This document shows, in pieces, positions 1-13,182 of a stretch of 64,000 nt of DNA. A program made the translations under genes and the position numbers. This DNA is from Tubulanus polymorphus. Lineage: Eukaryota > Animalia > Nemertea. The stretch's first letter is position 1. Every line of letters starts with the position of its first letter. Under the pieces are notes generated by a model. The model saw nothing but the letters and a program-made list of their open reading frames with translations. It was not told the origin of the DNA and searched no databases. Location of the stretch: assembly GCF_964204645.1 (NCBI RefSeq), contig NC_134030.1:20420210-20484209 (forward strand), given 5' to 3'.

Positions 1-1630
1 AACCGGGACGGTGTGTATTCAACCGAGACGGTGTGTATTCAACCGAGACTGCGTGCATTCAACCGGGACGGCGTGTATTCGACCGGGACGGCGTGTATTC
101 GACCGGGACGGAGTGTATTCAACCGGGACGGCGTGAACCCGGGACGGCGTGTATTCAACCGGGACGGTGTGAACCCGGGACGGCGTGTATTCAACCGGGA
201 CGGTGTGAACCCGGGACGGCGTGTATTCGACCGGGACGATGTGTATTCAACCGGGACAGCGTGTATTCAACCGGAGCGGCGTGTATTCAACCGGGACGGC
301 GTGTATTCAACCGGGACGGCGTGTATTCAACCGGGGCGGCGTGTATTCAACCGGGACGGTGTGTATTCAACCGAGACGGTGTGTATTCAACCGAGACTAC
401 GTGCATTCAACCGGGACGGCGTGTATTCGACCGGGACGGCGTGTATTCGACCGGGACGGAGTGTATTCAACCGGGACGGCGTGTACTCAAGTAGGACGGT
501 GTGTATTCAACCGGGACGGTGTGAACCCGGGACGGCGTGTATTCAACCGGGACGGTGTGAACCCGGGACGGCGTGTATTCAACCGGGACGGTGTGAACCC
601 GGGACGGCGTGTATTCGACCGGGACGATGTGTATTCAACCGGGACGGCGTGTATTCAAGTAGGACGGTGTGTATTCAACCGGGACGGTGTGAACCCGGGA
701 TTCAACCGGGACGGCGTGTATTCAACCGGGACGGCGTGTATTCAACTGGGACGGCGTGTATTCAACCGGGACGGTGTGAACCCGGGACGGCGTGTATTCA
801 ACCGGGACGGCGTGTATTCAACCGGGACGGTGTGAACCCGGGACGGCGTGTATTCAACCGGGACGGTGTGAACCCGGGACGGCGTGTATTCGACTGGGAC
901 GATGTGTATTCAACCGGGACGGCGTGTACTCAAGTAGGACGGTGTGTATTCAACCGGGACGGTGTGAACCCGGGATTCAACCGGGACGGCGTGTATTCAA
1001 CCGGGACGGCGTGTATTCAACTGGGACGGCGTGTATTCAACCGGGACGGTGTGTATTCAACCGGGACGGCGTGTATTCAACTGGGACGGCGTGTACTCAA
1101 CCGGGACGGTGTGTATTCAACTGGGACGGCGTGTACTCAACCGGGACGGTGTGAACCCGGGACGGCGTGTATTAGAGATCCAACCGGGACGGTGTGTATT
1201 CAACCGGGACGGCGTGTACTCAAGTAGGACGGTGTGTATTCAACCGGGACGGTGTGTATTCAACCGGGACGGTGTGAACCCGGGACGGCGTGTATTCAAC
1301 CGGGACGGTGTGAACCCGGGACGGCGTGTATTCGACTGGGACGATGTGTATTCAACCGGGACGGCGTGTACTCAAGTAGGACGGTGTGTATTCAACCGGG
1401 ACGGTGTGAACCCGGGATTCAACCGGGACGGCGTGTATTCAACCGGGACGGCGTGTATTCAACTGGGACGGCGTGTACTCAACCGGGACGGTGTGTATTC
1501 AACTGGGACGGCGTGTACTCAACCGGGACGGTGTGAACCCGGGACGGCGTGTATTAGAGATTCAACCGGGACGGCGTGTATTCAACCGGGACGGCGTGTA
1601 TTCAACCGGGACGGCGTGTATTCAACCGGG
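1..1630. repeat. GC-rich 20-bp satellite array (gtgtattcaaccgggacggc) with interspersed ~17-bp variants; runs off the window start
   Basis: Tandem repeat is directly visible and ends abruptly at about 1630. The overlapping ORFs at 13-1736 are translations of the repeat. Confidence 0.95.
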
Positions 1631-3083
1631 AAATATGTCCGCAAATGTGTCAAGTATACCTCCCAGGGTAAGGTGTCACCCTGATATAAGTTGCATATTT
1701 TATAATCATATAGATCTACAACATATTATTATTTAATAATAATTAGCATGCCACACTGAATCGAAGGCTTTACGAAGATCGATGAAGCAGGTGTATAAGT
1801 TTTTAGATGATGCCAGTTTTTAGTATATGATTTAACCCGACCGAACTTAAAGCGAATTTCAACAATAGAATATCAGCTGTATTTGCCGACTTTATCACCT
1901 TAACACAAATCACTGGTCACAAACTTATTCGATTTAGAAGCGGTGTTAGGAGCCTACTGTATCTCAGTAACTGAGTATCTGTAACGAGGGTCCATATGTT
2001 AAAAACAAGCTTAAACCTGACGTAACCTAAGTTTCCGATACAACAAATTAGTTGAAATATCTACTCACCAAATCAGGAGTGAGGTTTCACGGATTATTTC
2101 GATCAGTTATCTTTTCCTTGGGTGATGTAACATCGAAGCTACAATTCTACAATAAGGATGACCAAAAAGCTACAATAAGGATGGTCGGTTTGGGCCAGGT
2201 TGGTTTAGCCAGCAATTAGGTCTTGATTGGGGACATTAGGAAGCGGGTTGAAGCTGTAGTTGCTGTAGCCATAAGGAGGAAGAAGGGCTTCTCTAAAAGT
2301 AAAAATTAAACAATCACCATTAAATCTGATGATTCAATTTCGATACATGACATTTTCAGTCAAAAACAAATCTACTCACCACCGATTTACTTCCGTGTTG
2401 AGCAACATGGATTACGTCTCGACTCGATCGCAGCGTTGGTGGAGTCAGCCTCGTGGTATTGGCAGCAATTAGGTCCTGGTGATGGAAGTGAGGAATAGCT
2501 GATCTGAAAAAAAACAACAATTCAAAACATAAACAGTTCTAATTCTGACTCGAAAACGATATTTATGATGCCCGAGTAAGACCTCGGGGACAGAGGAGCA
2601 ACCTGGATATCCATTCACATAGCATGCGAGCAAAACTTATTTTCAAAGTCAAAGTCATCATGCGTCGTTCGACATTTATTTCGGCTAAACGAGTAAATCA
2701 ACGCAAAAGCATTTTTTATGAGAATCAATTTTTCAAAAGCATTTTCAAACTAGACTTTTATGACTCGCATGCCACTGGCTGGAATCATTATAACAAATTA
2801 AAATGCATTCCTAAGATTTGCAGATCATAAAACACATTAATTTATAAACCACTATCCCCGTACACTTGGGAAAGTGGTCAATTACCTGAGACCGTCCAGA
2901 CTGGGAAATTGGTTGCATCGGGATTTTTTTCTTTAAGGGCAAATTTCATTTCGAACTCTAAACTAATAATTTGTATATAATTTGTATATACTTTGTATAT
3001 ACAATTCATTCTGGTATAAGCTATGCCGGTGCGACCCCGATCCAAGTAGCAAGTCATATCGTAATATTCAGACATCTATCATA

Positions 3084-3581
3084 GGATCCTAGGACAATTC
3101 CCCCCCGGACAACTGCCCCCGGATGATTGCCCCCCGGACAATTGCCCCCCTCCGAATAAAATCTGTTTTGATTTGGATTAACACCACCTAAATACTTTAC
3201 TTAGAAATTAATTTGTATATTATTGAATATAGATTTATAAGATATAGAATTACTGATGTCGTGTGCAGATCAAAAACTTTAAATCAGTCCTTGAGTTATT
3301 ATAATCCACTTACCAAATTAAAGAAAACTTAATAAGTCCATTTATTAGTGCATTAGTCAATGTTGGCTGATTTATTGGAATTAGTTTTAGCGTTACTTTA
3401 GCCAATCAAAAACTTTAAAGCAGTCCTAGAGTAATTAGCTAGATTTAGTTAAATTTGTCTAATTAATTTGAAGTAAATATCTCTTGTTACTTTAAGATTA
3501 AAAAGATTTAATTTGGGGGGCAATTATCCGGGGGCAAAATGTCATAGGGGGCAATTTTCCGGGGGCAGTTGTCCTGATACC
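3084..3581. mobile_element. MITE (non-autonomous DNA transposon) with subterminal gcccccgg repeats
   Basis: Imperfect TIRs ggatcctaggacaa.../...ttgtcctgatacc; 8-bp direct repeat ctatcata at 3076-3083 and 3582-3589; AT-rich core. Confidence 0.8.
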
Positions 3582-4230
3582 CTATCATAGATCACACACT
3601 TTTATTACGGCTTTATGGAAAATATAAGCCAATAGAAACAAATCAAAATATTAAGAAATTTAAAATAAACAGTCCCAGGCAAACGAACGCTGGAATGGAA
3701 ATGGACGAGACCGACCCTGGTATGCGATTAAAAGATAAATGCGAGAAATGGAAGTTCTCCATAGTCTTTCATCGATACAATATTTCAGGTAATTTTTCGA
3801 ACCGATTAGATACAGCGTTTCCCACGTCTATACATTTCAGGTTTTTAAAATACTTAAATTACGTAATAATCGATCAATATTATTAGCAAGCCGCATATCT
3901 AGCCTGTGCATTACTTTTTTGAGAAAACTTGGTCCCCGGGACTTGGTCAACCGGGCCATTACAGACCTGGAGCTGATTACAAATTTCATTGCAATTCAAA
4001 AAAGTGACCCGTTCATCCGACATGATTAATTCTAGCCTAAAAAACAGATTAGTATTTTCTGACCTTCATGCTCATTGGTTATTTCCGTATGAGGTTATAC
4101 CATTTGACGTAATGCAAAAAAAAATTTGTGCAATACCAATTACCCACAATGATATCGATCTAAGATAATAAATACAATTCCGTAAGCACTAAGGTATTTT
4201 CCGTTCGTTCAAAAGTCAAAAACACATTGG

Positions 4231-4533
4231 TTCAAGACATGTTATCTACGAGATATGATTTTAAAGTTCGAAATGAACTCTAGTAATATTTTACCTTTTA
4301 TACCAGTGGAAGCTTGAATTACAGATAAACCGGTATGACATTGTTTGGTTATTTAGGTGATACATGATTAAAAGATTCAAGTTCAAGACATGTTATCTAC
4401 GAGATATGATTTTAAAGTTCGAAATGAACTCTAGTAATATTTTACCTTTTATACCAGTGGAAGCTTGAATTACAGATAAACCGGTATGACATTGTTTGGT
4501 TATTTAGGTGATACATGATTAAAAGATTCAAGT
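4231..4533. repeat. Tandem duplication of ~152 bp
   Basis: ttcaagacatgttatctacgag...aaagattcaag occurs twice back to back. Confidence 0.9.
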
Positions 4534-7500
4534 TGCCCCAACGTAAGTCCAAGTTCAATAAATCAGCATAAAATTATTCACTGTCGATAAAAAGTGTTTC
4601 GTAATTTTCAGTAATGACAAAGGTAACATATTAGATACTAATGTATGATAGTGTAATTAACAGTAGTTATAATGATGATACTCAATGATCAAGAGAAGAC
4701 AAGCGATTGCAATAGGATATCAATTAATTCGATTTTCTAACTCAAACAGAAATCATAGGCTTCAGTTGATTCCAGTAAGAAGCAGTTTACTGTATTTGTT
4801 TGCTGTTACGAGGGTCTGCTAAAACCTGACTCAACTTAAGTTTCATAAACAAAGTTATAATGTACACCAAGTGTAGAATGCGGTTAAGTGGTGAGTATCG
4901 GTGACGGTGGAGAGTGTATGCCGGCGGAGATTGTAGTGATGTTGTAGAGTAATGATCGAGAGGATGATGCTGGAACTGTATAGTCATGATGATGTAGATG
5001 GCGTGATGGTGATAATGGCGGGTCTTTGAAATGCGTCAAAATGAAAATCCGAAACTGACAACCAACGTATTATATGGAATAATTTTCCTACACCCTTGCA
5101 CTATTACCCAGTATTCCAATAAATTGTCTACTCACCAATTCATTAGTGCCTTCTTGGACTATTTCGATCAGTTATCTTCTACTTATGCATATCATCTGCA
5201 GCAATCAGATCTCTCGGGTCGGGTTGATTTAATCAGCAGCATGCACATTTGATGGAAATCAGGTTCTGGGTAAGTGACGATGGTCTACAGTACCGGTACA
5301 CAATGTTGCAATAAAGTCTTGGCGAGAAACTGAGGAATGGCCTGCAAAAAATGACAATTTTAAAACATTACAACTGACATTATATCGACTCGACGATCGA
5401 ATGGTTGAATAAAGGTTTTTCTAGATACCTGAGTGAAAATTCGACTCGCGTGAAAATCCTGTAGCAAGTTGTAGAGTTATGTAAACCTGCACCGCAGAGA
5501 AGCGTCACTTCGCAACATCGCTAATCCCTAATGAAATCATGGACTCTAAGACAGCTGGATCATTTCATCTCACACCGGTCCCTTCGTTTTAGAGTCCATG
5601 ATGAAATCTAGCTAGTGTGGACGCGATATAGGACTATGTGAATGGTTTAATCCTCAGAACTGGTGCTATTCAAACCGATATATTCATTGATTATTGCATT
5701 CAAAAATGACAATGTATCCCTATGAACACAAAGTGAAGTGGTTCCGTCATAAAGTGATTCAACCGACAGTGGGAATACTCTAGGACACTGGTGCGACTAG
5801 CTGGATAATGCCATATTGACCCTGTACATATTTTACAGGAAAATTGTTCAAATACGTACAATATATACTGGAAGAGGCTAGACCTGACCCTGTTTGAGGC
5901 AGAGTCTTTGCAAAATCCTTGCAGCTCCATTGCAATCGATTATCCTCGGCATTTTAAATTCTCACAATTCTGGTGAATATCAGGCACGAAAATTATGAGA
6001 TCATTCAAATGATACAATTAGTTACTCCAACAAAGAATTTCAGTCGTTAGACCGCTGCAGAATTTCCCGAATATGTCATCTATTGGTGATGACTAATCAG
6101 AAATATTGGAGAAATGAATTCCAAAAATCCAGGCAGGTTAAACATAAAATAAATTTAAAAAAATATATGAGCTAGTAGAAAATTAGGTTTGGTAATCATG
6201 ATTTTTCCGGTTGAGAAATTTGAGGGTATTTGGTCCTAGATAGACACCCCTCTTAAATGCATTAATACAATTATTCAAGCTAGCCTGTAAAGAGCATTTT
6301 CAGTTGTTGTTATCGGGTTTCAAACAATTTAACTCTCCGATGGAAATTTCAAAACTTACACGTTACGTCCATTTTACTTTGATTTTCTATTCTATGTTTT
6401 AGTGTTATATTGTTGTACGTCGCCAAACGACACAGAATAGCATCTGCAAAGACCATAGCCCATGGTTCTAACTCAATTGAGGTGATAACTCCATTCTCCA
6501 TCTTAGTTGAGTGAACTTGCATTTTACTTGTGAAGAAAGTATGTCGATCATCGTCATCGTATCCGTTATTGAGCCATTCCACTGTCATAGCTACATTACC
6601 AATTTTACTAACAACTTTACAAGTGCAAGCTAAAGATTGGAATTGAGCCACTTTACACGGGTCTTCAAGTATGTTTATGCCTAGAGATAGAGATAGAGAT
6701 AGAGATCCATCGAAGTAGAAAATAATCAATGATTTAAAAAAATACATCTCAACTTGTAAGAAAAAACCTCTGATTTAGGCCTAGGCTACCATTATGTATC
6801 GTTGTCAAGATATCATCTGAATGTGAATCTTATTGAAACAGAAATGTGGTTTGATTTTGATTGTTCCTATAAAGGTTTTAAAGGCAATGTGTATCTATCA
6901 ATCTTCCCTCTTCATGGTGGGCGGAAGCAAGTTGACATTGGTGCGAAAAATTTGCGTCTGTTTCTTCAAGGAGTTCGGAGTACTTCCTCGGAGAAATGTT
7001 TCTAAATGGTTTCTAAATGGTTGTATTTAAAAGGCTCTTTGGGCTATGAGAATATAGTTTCATGATTCAAGATTGAGTCACTTTTATTAATGAAATTTGT
7101 AGCTTTTCTGTAGATCGCAAAACACGTTTTCGGTGATAGCTAAGGTTTTAAATAACATTCATTTGCTTGTCACAAATAAAGTGGTTCTTCAATAGATAAA
7201 ACAAAGTTTTCAGTTATTTTGCTCTCAATTAGCAGTACCGGCAATGTACTGACCAGATTTTACTCATGTAATTATAAATAAATCTGTTTAATTCTGCAAT
7301 TGATTGTAGTTATAATGGTAGATATAGCTTTATACTGTATGTAGTTTTAAAGGCTTTTGCAGCGAGTTTTATCCTCACGCTATCACAATTTAGAAATTTC
7401 ACCAGAAGTGGAAACCGAGATCTATTTCAACGGAATTCGAACCAAATGTTGACAACCATGGTCAACTCGATTATTTTGACTTGCTCCAGTTCATCATTGA

Positions 7501-7863
7501 AAAATTAATATGTTCAATAAATGCTCAATAAAAGCATACACTACATTAGTGTCACTGAAGGATTTTTACAGGAAAGATATAATATTAAGCCTCAGGAAAA
7601 TATTTCGTTGGAGATAGAATTAATTAAGATTACAAATATATTCTGAAGGCGATTTATTTTTCACTGCGTAATTGTTTCACTGCCCAATGACGAAATTGTT
7701 TTTTTGTCGAGTTATATTTTACTTATCAGATCAAGGCACGAGCATATTTGTTATCATATAGGGCAAGATACTCATATATATAAGACTGTGAAATTTTGTT
7801 TTTCATTACCCGTTTGGAATTCGAATGACCTCATTTCAATTGGTGCGCCATCGTAATAATATC

Positions 7864-8752
7864 ATGATGAATTTGTCATTGATGATCTTAGTGATTTTAC
7901 TGCTGGGGCCTGCGCTGACAAAGACAGGTAATGTTGAATTTATGAAATTATTTTAACTGTATCAATCTGTAATCTCAATGTGGGTTCGTTACATACCGTG
8001 AGCAATCTAAACACTCACTATTTGCTAGATAACTGATAAAGTTGGACCCGTGTGCCCGTTCATGTACTGTAAAATCCACTCAATCCAGATCCTAATGGAT
8101 CGAAGATTTTCGTGCGGATTATCCAAAATCCGGATTACTTGAATGGGGATTTGCATTCAAAAATATGACAAATCTTGCAGTTACGGTTGTTATTAGGACA
8201 TCGAGCTGCATATCTACATCGTGAAACGGTAAGGTTTTTAGAGGCGACTTCTCAAAATTGAATATCCGACTGGAGACAAGATGAAAAAGAATTCGAACTA
8301 ATTAAAGTGGACGCATAAGACGAAAATCCAGATAAATCCGATACGGATTAAGCGGATTTTACTGTAGTTCATTTTCAACAATGTCTCCGAAACGCATGCC
8401 AACACAATTGAAAAGCGAAAATTCATTCGCTCGTAAATCTAAAAATCTTTCAGAATTTCCTGTTTTCATCGATACTTACCCTGTAACAGTTGGACGGCCC
8501 GACATTAGATTCGAGGGGGTCGAGACACGGTACCTTTGTAGAACGATGGTTGGAAAATCGACGCCTACGTTGACGTTTCAACAGAGGAGACGAGATTCTG
8601 AATCATGGGGACCAGTTCTTGGGCATATTCGACTTCACAGATATGTTAAACAAAACGCATTTGTTTACGCGAAGTTAGAATTCAAGGCAGATTCCTAACT
8701 CCACAATGGAACGACTTTTAGATGTCGTGTAAAGGAAAATCCTACATATCCG
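7864..8752 (+). pseudogene. B1: truncated partial duplicate of the GPI-type Ig gene
   Basis: Signal exon 7864-7927 (MMNLSLMILVILLLGPALTKT, gt donor); Ig exon from 8454 has an in-frame TAA at 8696-8698 and is cut at ~8752, where the sequence restarts as a copy of ~7334 onward (tandem duplication breakpoint). Confidence 0.85.
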
Positions 8753-9289
8753 GTACTGTATGTAGTTTTAAAGGCTTTTGCAGCTAGTTTTATCCTCACG
8801 CTATCACAATTTAGAAATTTCACCAGAAGTGGAAACCGAGTTCTATTTCTGAACGGAATTGGAACCAAATTTTGACAACCATGGTCTACTCCATTATTTT
8901 GACTTGCTCCAGTTCATCGTAGAAAAATTGAAATGTCCAATAAATGCTCAGTAAGTGTTCAATAAAAAAACATATATTTCATTCATTGACACAGAAGGAA
9001 TATACGCCATAACATTGGAGAACGATTTCTGCATCCAATTTCATCAATAAGCGCGCGCAAAAGGAAAACCCGATATACATTCTGAAGGCGATTTATCTAA
9101 GTGACAAAAAGTTTTTTAATCGAAACATATTTTTATTGCCCTTATCAGATCTAAACACTAAACACCTTACCAGATTTAATAACATATCTGTTATCATATA
9201 GGGCAGAGTACTTATGTAAATACGACTGTGAAACGTACTTAATTATTTTCCGCTTGGAATTCAATCGGTGAATTTGTAATAACGTCATC

Positions 9290-11390
9290 ATGGGTTTCTC
9301 ATTGATGATCTTAGCGATTTTACTGCTGGGGCCTGCGCTGACAAATACAGGTAATGTTGAATTGATGGAATTCTTTTTAACTATAGGTATCTATCTGTAA
9401 TCCTCTGGGTTTTATCACATACCGTGAGCAATCTAAACACTCACTATTTGCTGGAGAGCAGATAAAGTTGAACCCATGTGCCCGTTTATGTACAGTAAAA
9501 TCCACTCAATCCGGATCCTAATGGATCGAAGATTTTCTTCCGAATTATCCGAAATCCGTATTACATGAATTGGGATTCAAAAGTATGACAATTCTGGAAG
9601 TTATGGTTGTTACTGGGACATTGAGCTACATATCTACATCGTGAAACGATAGGGTTTTTAGAGGCGACTTCTAAAAATTGAATATCCGACTGGAGACAAG
9701 ATGAAAAAAAATCGGACTTAATAAAGTGCATAAGACGAAAATCCAGATAAACTCGATACGGATTAAGCGGATTTTACTGTAGTTCATTTTCAGCAATGTC
9801 TCCGGTGAAGTCCTTAATGCATTGACGAAACGCATGCAAACACAATTGAAAAACGAAAACTCATTCGCTCATAACTCTAAATATCTTTCAGAATTTCATA
9901 TGTTCGTCGATACTTATCCTGTTACTGTTGGACGGCCGGACATTAGATTCGAGGGGGTCGAGACACGGTATCTTTGTAGAACGATGGTTGGAAAATCGAC
10001 GCCTACGTTGATATTTGAACAGAAGAGACGAGATTCTGAATCGTGGGGACCAGTTCTTGGAGATATGCGACTTCACAGATATGTCAAACAGAACGCACTT
10101 GTTTACGCCAAGTTACAATTCAAGGCAGATTCCAAACTTCACAATGGAACGACTTTTAGATGTCTTGCAAAGGAAAATCCTATAGATCCGGAACCTGCAC
10201 TATTTGACCCGATTGTAGTTCATAGTAAGTATCTGGGTATTCATAGCATCGATCATTTAAATATATAACTAATTTGAACTGCGCACCTTTATCTTTCCTG
10301 TGCCATATTAAATTCCCAAGTTGAGCTTTTCAAATGAAGTATGTGATGAAAAAAAGAAACAAGTCAAAATTAAGTTAATTTTTTCCCAGATAACTGGTTC
10401 AGACTAATCACGATTTCATATTCGTTAATCATAGAATTTGAGACGGATTTTTATTGAATCTAAAGAAAAGCGACTGATCTTTCATTACTTCGCTTACCTT
10501 TATATTATCTTGCCACGATCCTCAATTACCGCTTTTCTCAGTTGTATAGTTTTATCTAATTAACCATTATACAGTTAATAGCCGCCACTTTGATAAGGTT
10601 CCTTTGTCCCGTGTTGTTGTTTTTTTTCTCTAAAATGGTTTATTGTCTTGTGATAAAAGCGGTTTTTGAATATCTATCATATATTCAAGGACAGATAATT
10701 TGTTTCATGGTTGTTTTATCTCATTTTTCATTCGAGACCTCGCAACAGCTCGGTACTATAATGTATCTATAACTAGAAATGCAGAGACAAAACGACTAAC
10801 ATGTGACCCTCCAGCCAATGTTCAGAAAGAATCAAACGACAAATGGATTGTTTCGGTACTGATTGTGAACAGTATCAGAACTGATTATAGAGGGACGTGT
10901 TTGATAAATGGTAAACGCTTCATTGACATTCGCCGTCGTGATCTCGATCAATATGATGAACTATCAGGTTAGTTTCATTTATTACTAGGAATAAAATTCC
11001 CATTCGCTACGAGTATACTCGCTATATCTAACAAAATTAACAACCATTCATAGCAAAATGACTTCGATAAATGTCTGTCAGAAAAAGCTAGTCTGTGTTT
11101 GCCAACTCGTAATGTTGACATTATAATGAGATACTGATGTGGAAAGATCGTTGGTGGTTCCAGCAAAATATTTCAATCCTTATAATTTTCTATTGTCATT
11201 TTGTTTATTTTGCCTTTTATTCGAAGGGAAAAACAATGTCAATACCCATGATATCAATGCAAATGCAGTTAATGCAAATGGAACTAATGCAAATGGAGTT
11301 AATACTAACGGAGGATCTGGTAATGGAGTAAATGTTGCTGGTGGTGCATTCGGTGGACTCTTTGTATTTCTTTTGTATACTTTAATGTGA
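9290..11390 (+). CDS. B2: Ig-domain cell-surface protein, predicted GPI-anchored, ~258 aa, 4 exons
   Basis: Exons 9290-9350 (signal MGFSLMILAILLLGPALTNT), 9892-10224 (Ig; YLC...FRC), 10749(or 10737)-10967 (second Cys-pair domain), 11227-11390 (Asn/Gly linker + hydrophobic end GGAFGGLFVFLLYTLM*). All introns GT-AG and phase 1; 777 nt open. Confidence 0.8.
9493..9779. mobile_element. Tc1/mariner-type MITE in intron 1 of type B genes (copies also at ~8066-8365 and ~41276-41563)
   Basis: TIRs cagtaaaatccactcaatcc.../...ggattaagcggattttactg flanked by TA; same position in all three B copies. Confidence 0.75.
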
Positions 11391-12650
11391 TGCCGTGAAG
11401 CCCAACCCACGTGGGAGGGTAAAATGTACGGTGGCAGATTTGGGCATGGCAATATTTTTCCCATCCTCCATGAAAATGCGCAAAAACAAATCTTACCGCG
11501 CAAAGACAAACATTTAACGCGCAAGAACAAATCGTTTCGTTTTCGGGCGCTATTTATTTATCTGTTTTTGCAAAAAATTTTGCTACGCGCAAAACAAATA
11601 TTTGTTTTTTTTTGTTTTTGCGTGGAGCAATTTTTATTTTTTGGCGCGGTCCTGAAATTCAAGTATATTACGCGCACCATTATTGTTGATAATTATTATT
11701 TTTGAAATGCAAAATGGTTTTTGTTTTGAATAAACATAGCATTTTGTTTGATATTTAGTATCAAACAATTATTGAATTGTTAAGATGGATGCAGTCATTA
11801 TTCTCAGTCATTTTGAACGTTCTGGGCTAGATGCTTTAGAAAATTTTTTAAAATCCTCCGGAAAATGGCGGAATTTGACGCCATTTGAGCGATGGATTCT
11901 GACATAAAAACTATAGCCTGCTGAGTCATAGTGCCGCGGCCAGGACGAGGTGTTGGAATTTTTTGATACAGATTGGGAAATATTCAGATAATTTTGATTG
12001 GGAAAATGACCGTTTACTGGACACATAAACGGCCTAGCGGAACGAAAAAAGGTCATGATAACAATATCTGGTGGATCTGCACCAACACAATGTATAAATA
12101 TACGGCGTCATAGGTATATAATACTTACTTGTAATCAAGATGATTACTCGTAGACAGTGCTAAGTCGTTTCGTTACTGCTGGTTAAAACCCTATCGTTAC
12201 GTGGTACGCGGTCACCGGTGACCAGCAGTTCCAGCGAATTTTCATAATACCCATGCGCCATCTATCGCAAAACCGGCTGAGTACATACTTCAGCTTCCAA
12301 GCCGTCGTGAACTATTTGGATCCGCAAAAACAATCCCGGTACTATTAGTTGCTAGCCGCTTACAGTCGTTCTACCTTGAGGTTAGATGAGTAATCAAATC
12401 GAGCTGCGAAACTAAGATATAACCGTCATAGGCAAAATAAGGAAGGAAAACATGTATATCAAATAACATATACTTTTTCTGTTCTTAAGATATTTTTCCG
12501 ATGAATATTGGATTCTTGTATAAAAAGCTTTATATGACAAAATTACGAATTATCACAATACATTCTAATTATTTTTATATATTCTTATATCTAAGTCGCA
12601 ATTGTGCGTGATGAAATTCCAAATAGTGTAAAAGTGCGAAAGATTTAAAG

Positions 12651-13182
12651 TCAAATATCACATTTCTGTGTGAACTCACTGCCTTCTAAACTTCCATCGT
12701 CTTGTCTGCTATCCCTGGATTCCGTATCCATGGTTGTCGCTACATCTTTCTCCAATCTTGTCCCCTTCACGGCTTCCATATCCATGTAAGGAGTTGTATC
12801 TATGTCCTTCCCGGCTTCCATATCCATGTAAGGAGTTGTATCTATGCCCTTCCCGGCTTCCATATCCATGTAAGGAGTTGTATCTATGTTCTTCCCGGCT
12901 TCCATATCCATGTAAGGAGTTGTATCTATGCCCTTCGCTGTTTCCATATCCACGTAAGGAGTTATATCTTTTCCTGCTTCAAAGTTCTTGGCATTATGAA
13001 TCGGTACGCTATGTACTAATCCAGTTTCAGTATTTCTAACTGGATTTTTGTTTGAAACATTATCGGAATCACTGTCATCATCAAGCTCTTCGTAGATACT
13101 TAACATCTCGTTTGCTGTGTCATCAACTCGTTGCTGCGGTGTTGGAGTATCCACATGACCTTCACCGGACGGTCGATTACAT
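12651..13182 (-). CDS. A1 terminal exon: cytoplasmic tail (SIYEEL; YVDM + 4x YMDM)
   Basis: ORF 12651-13154 extended to a catttcag acceptor; 14-aa repeat [14 protein letters not shown]. Confidence 0.85.

Noticed and set aside
13-1736. Long overlapping ORFs at the window start
   Set aside because: Stop-free translations of the 20-bp satellite in several frames.
12702-13039. His/Cys-rich repeat ORFs ([20 protein letters not shown]), also near 38334-38575 and 62577-62888
   Set aside because: Antisense shadows of the YxxM exon.
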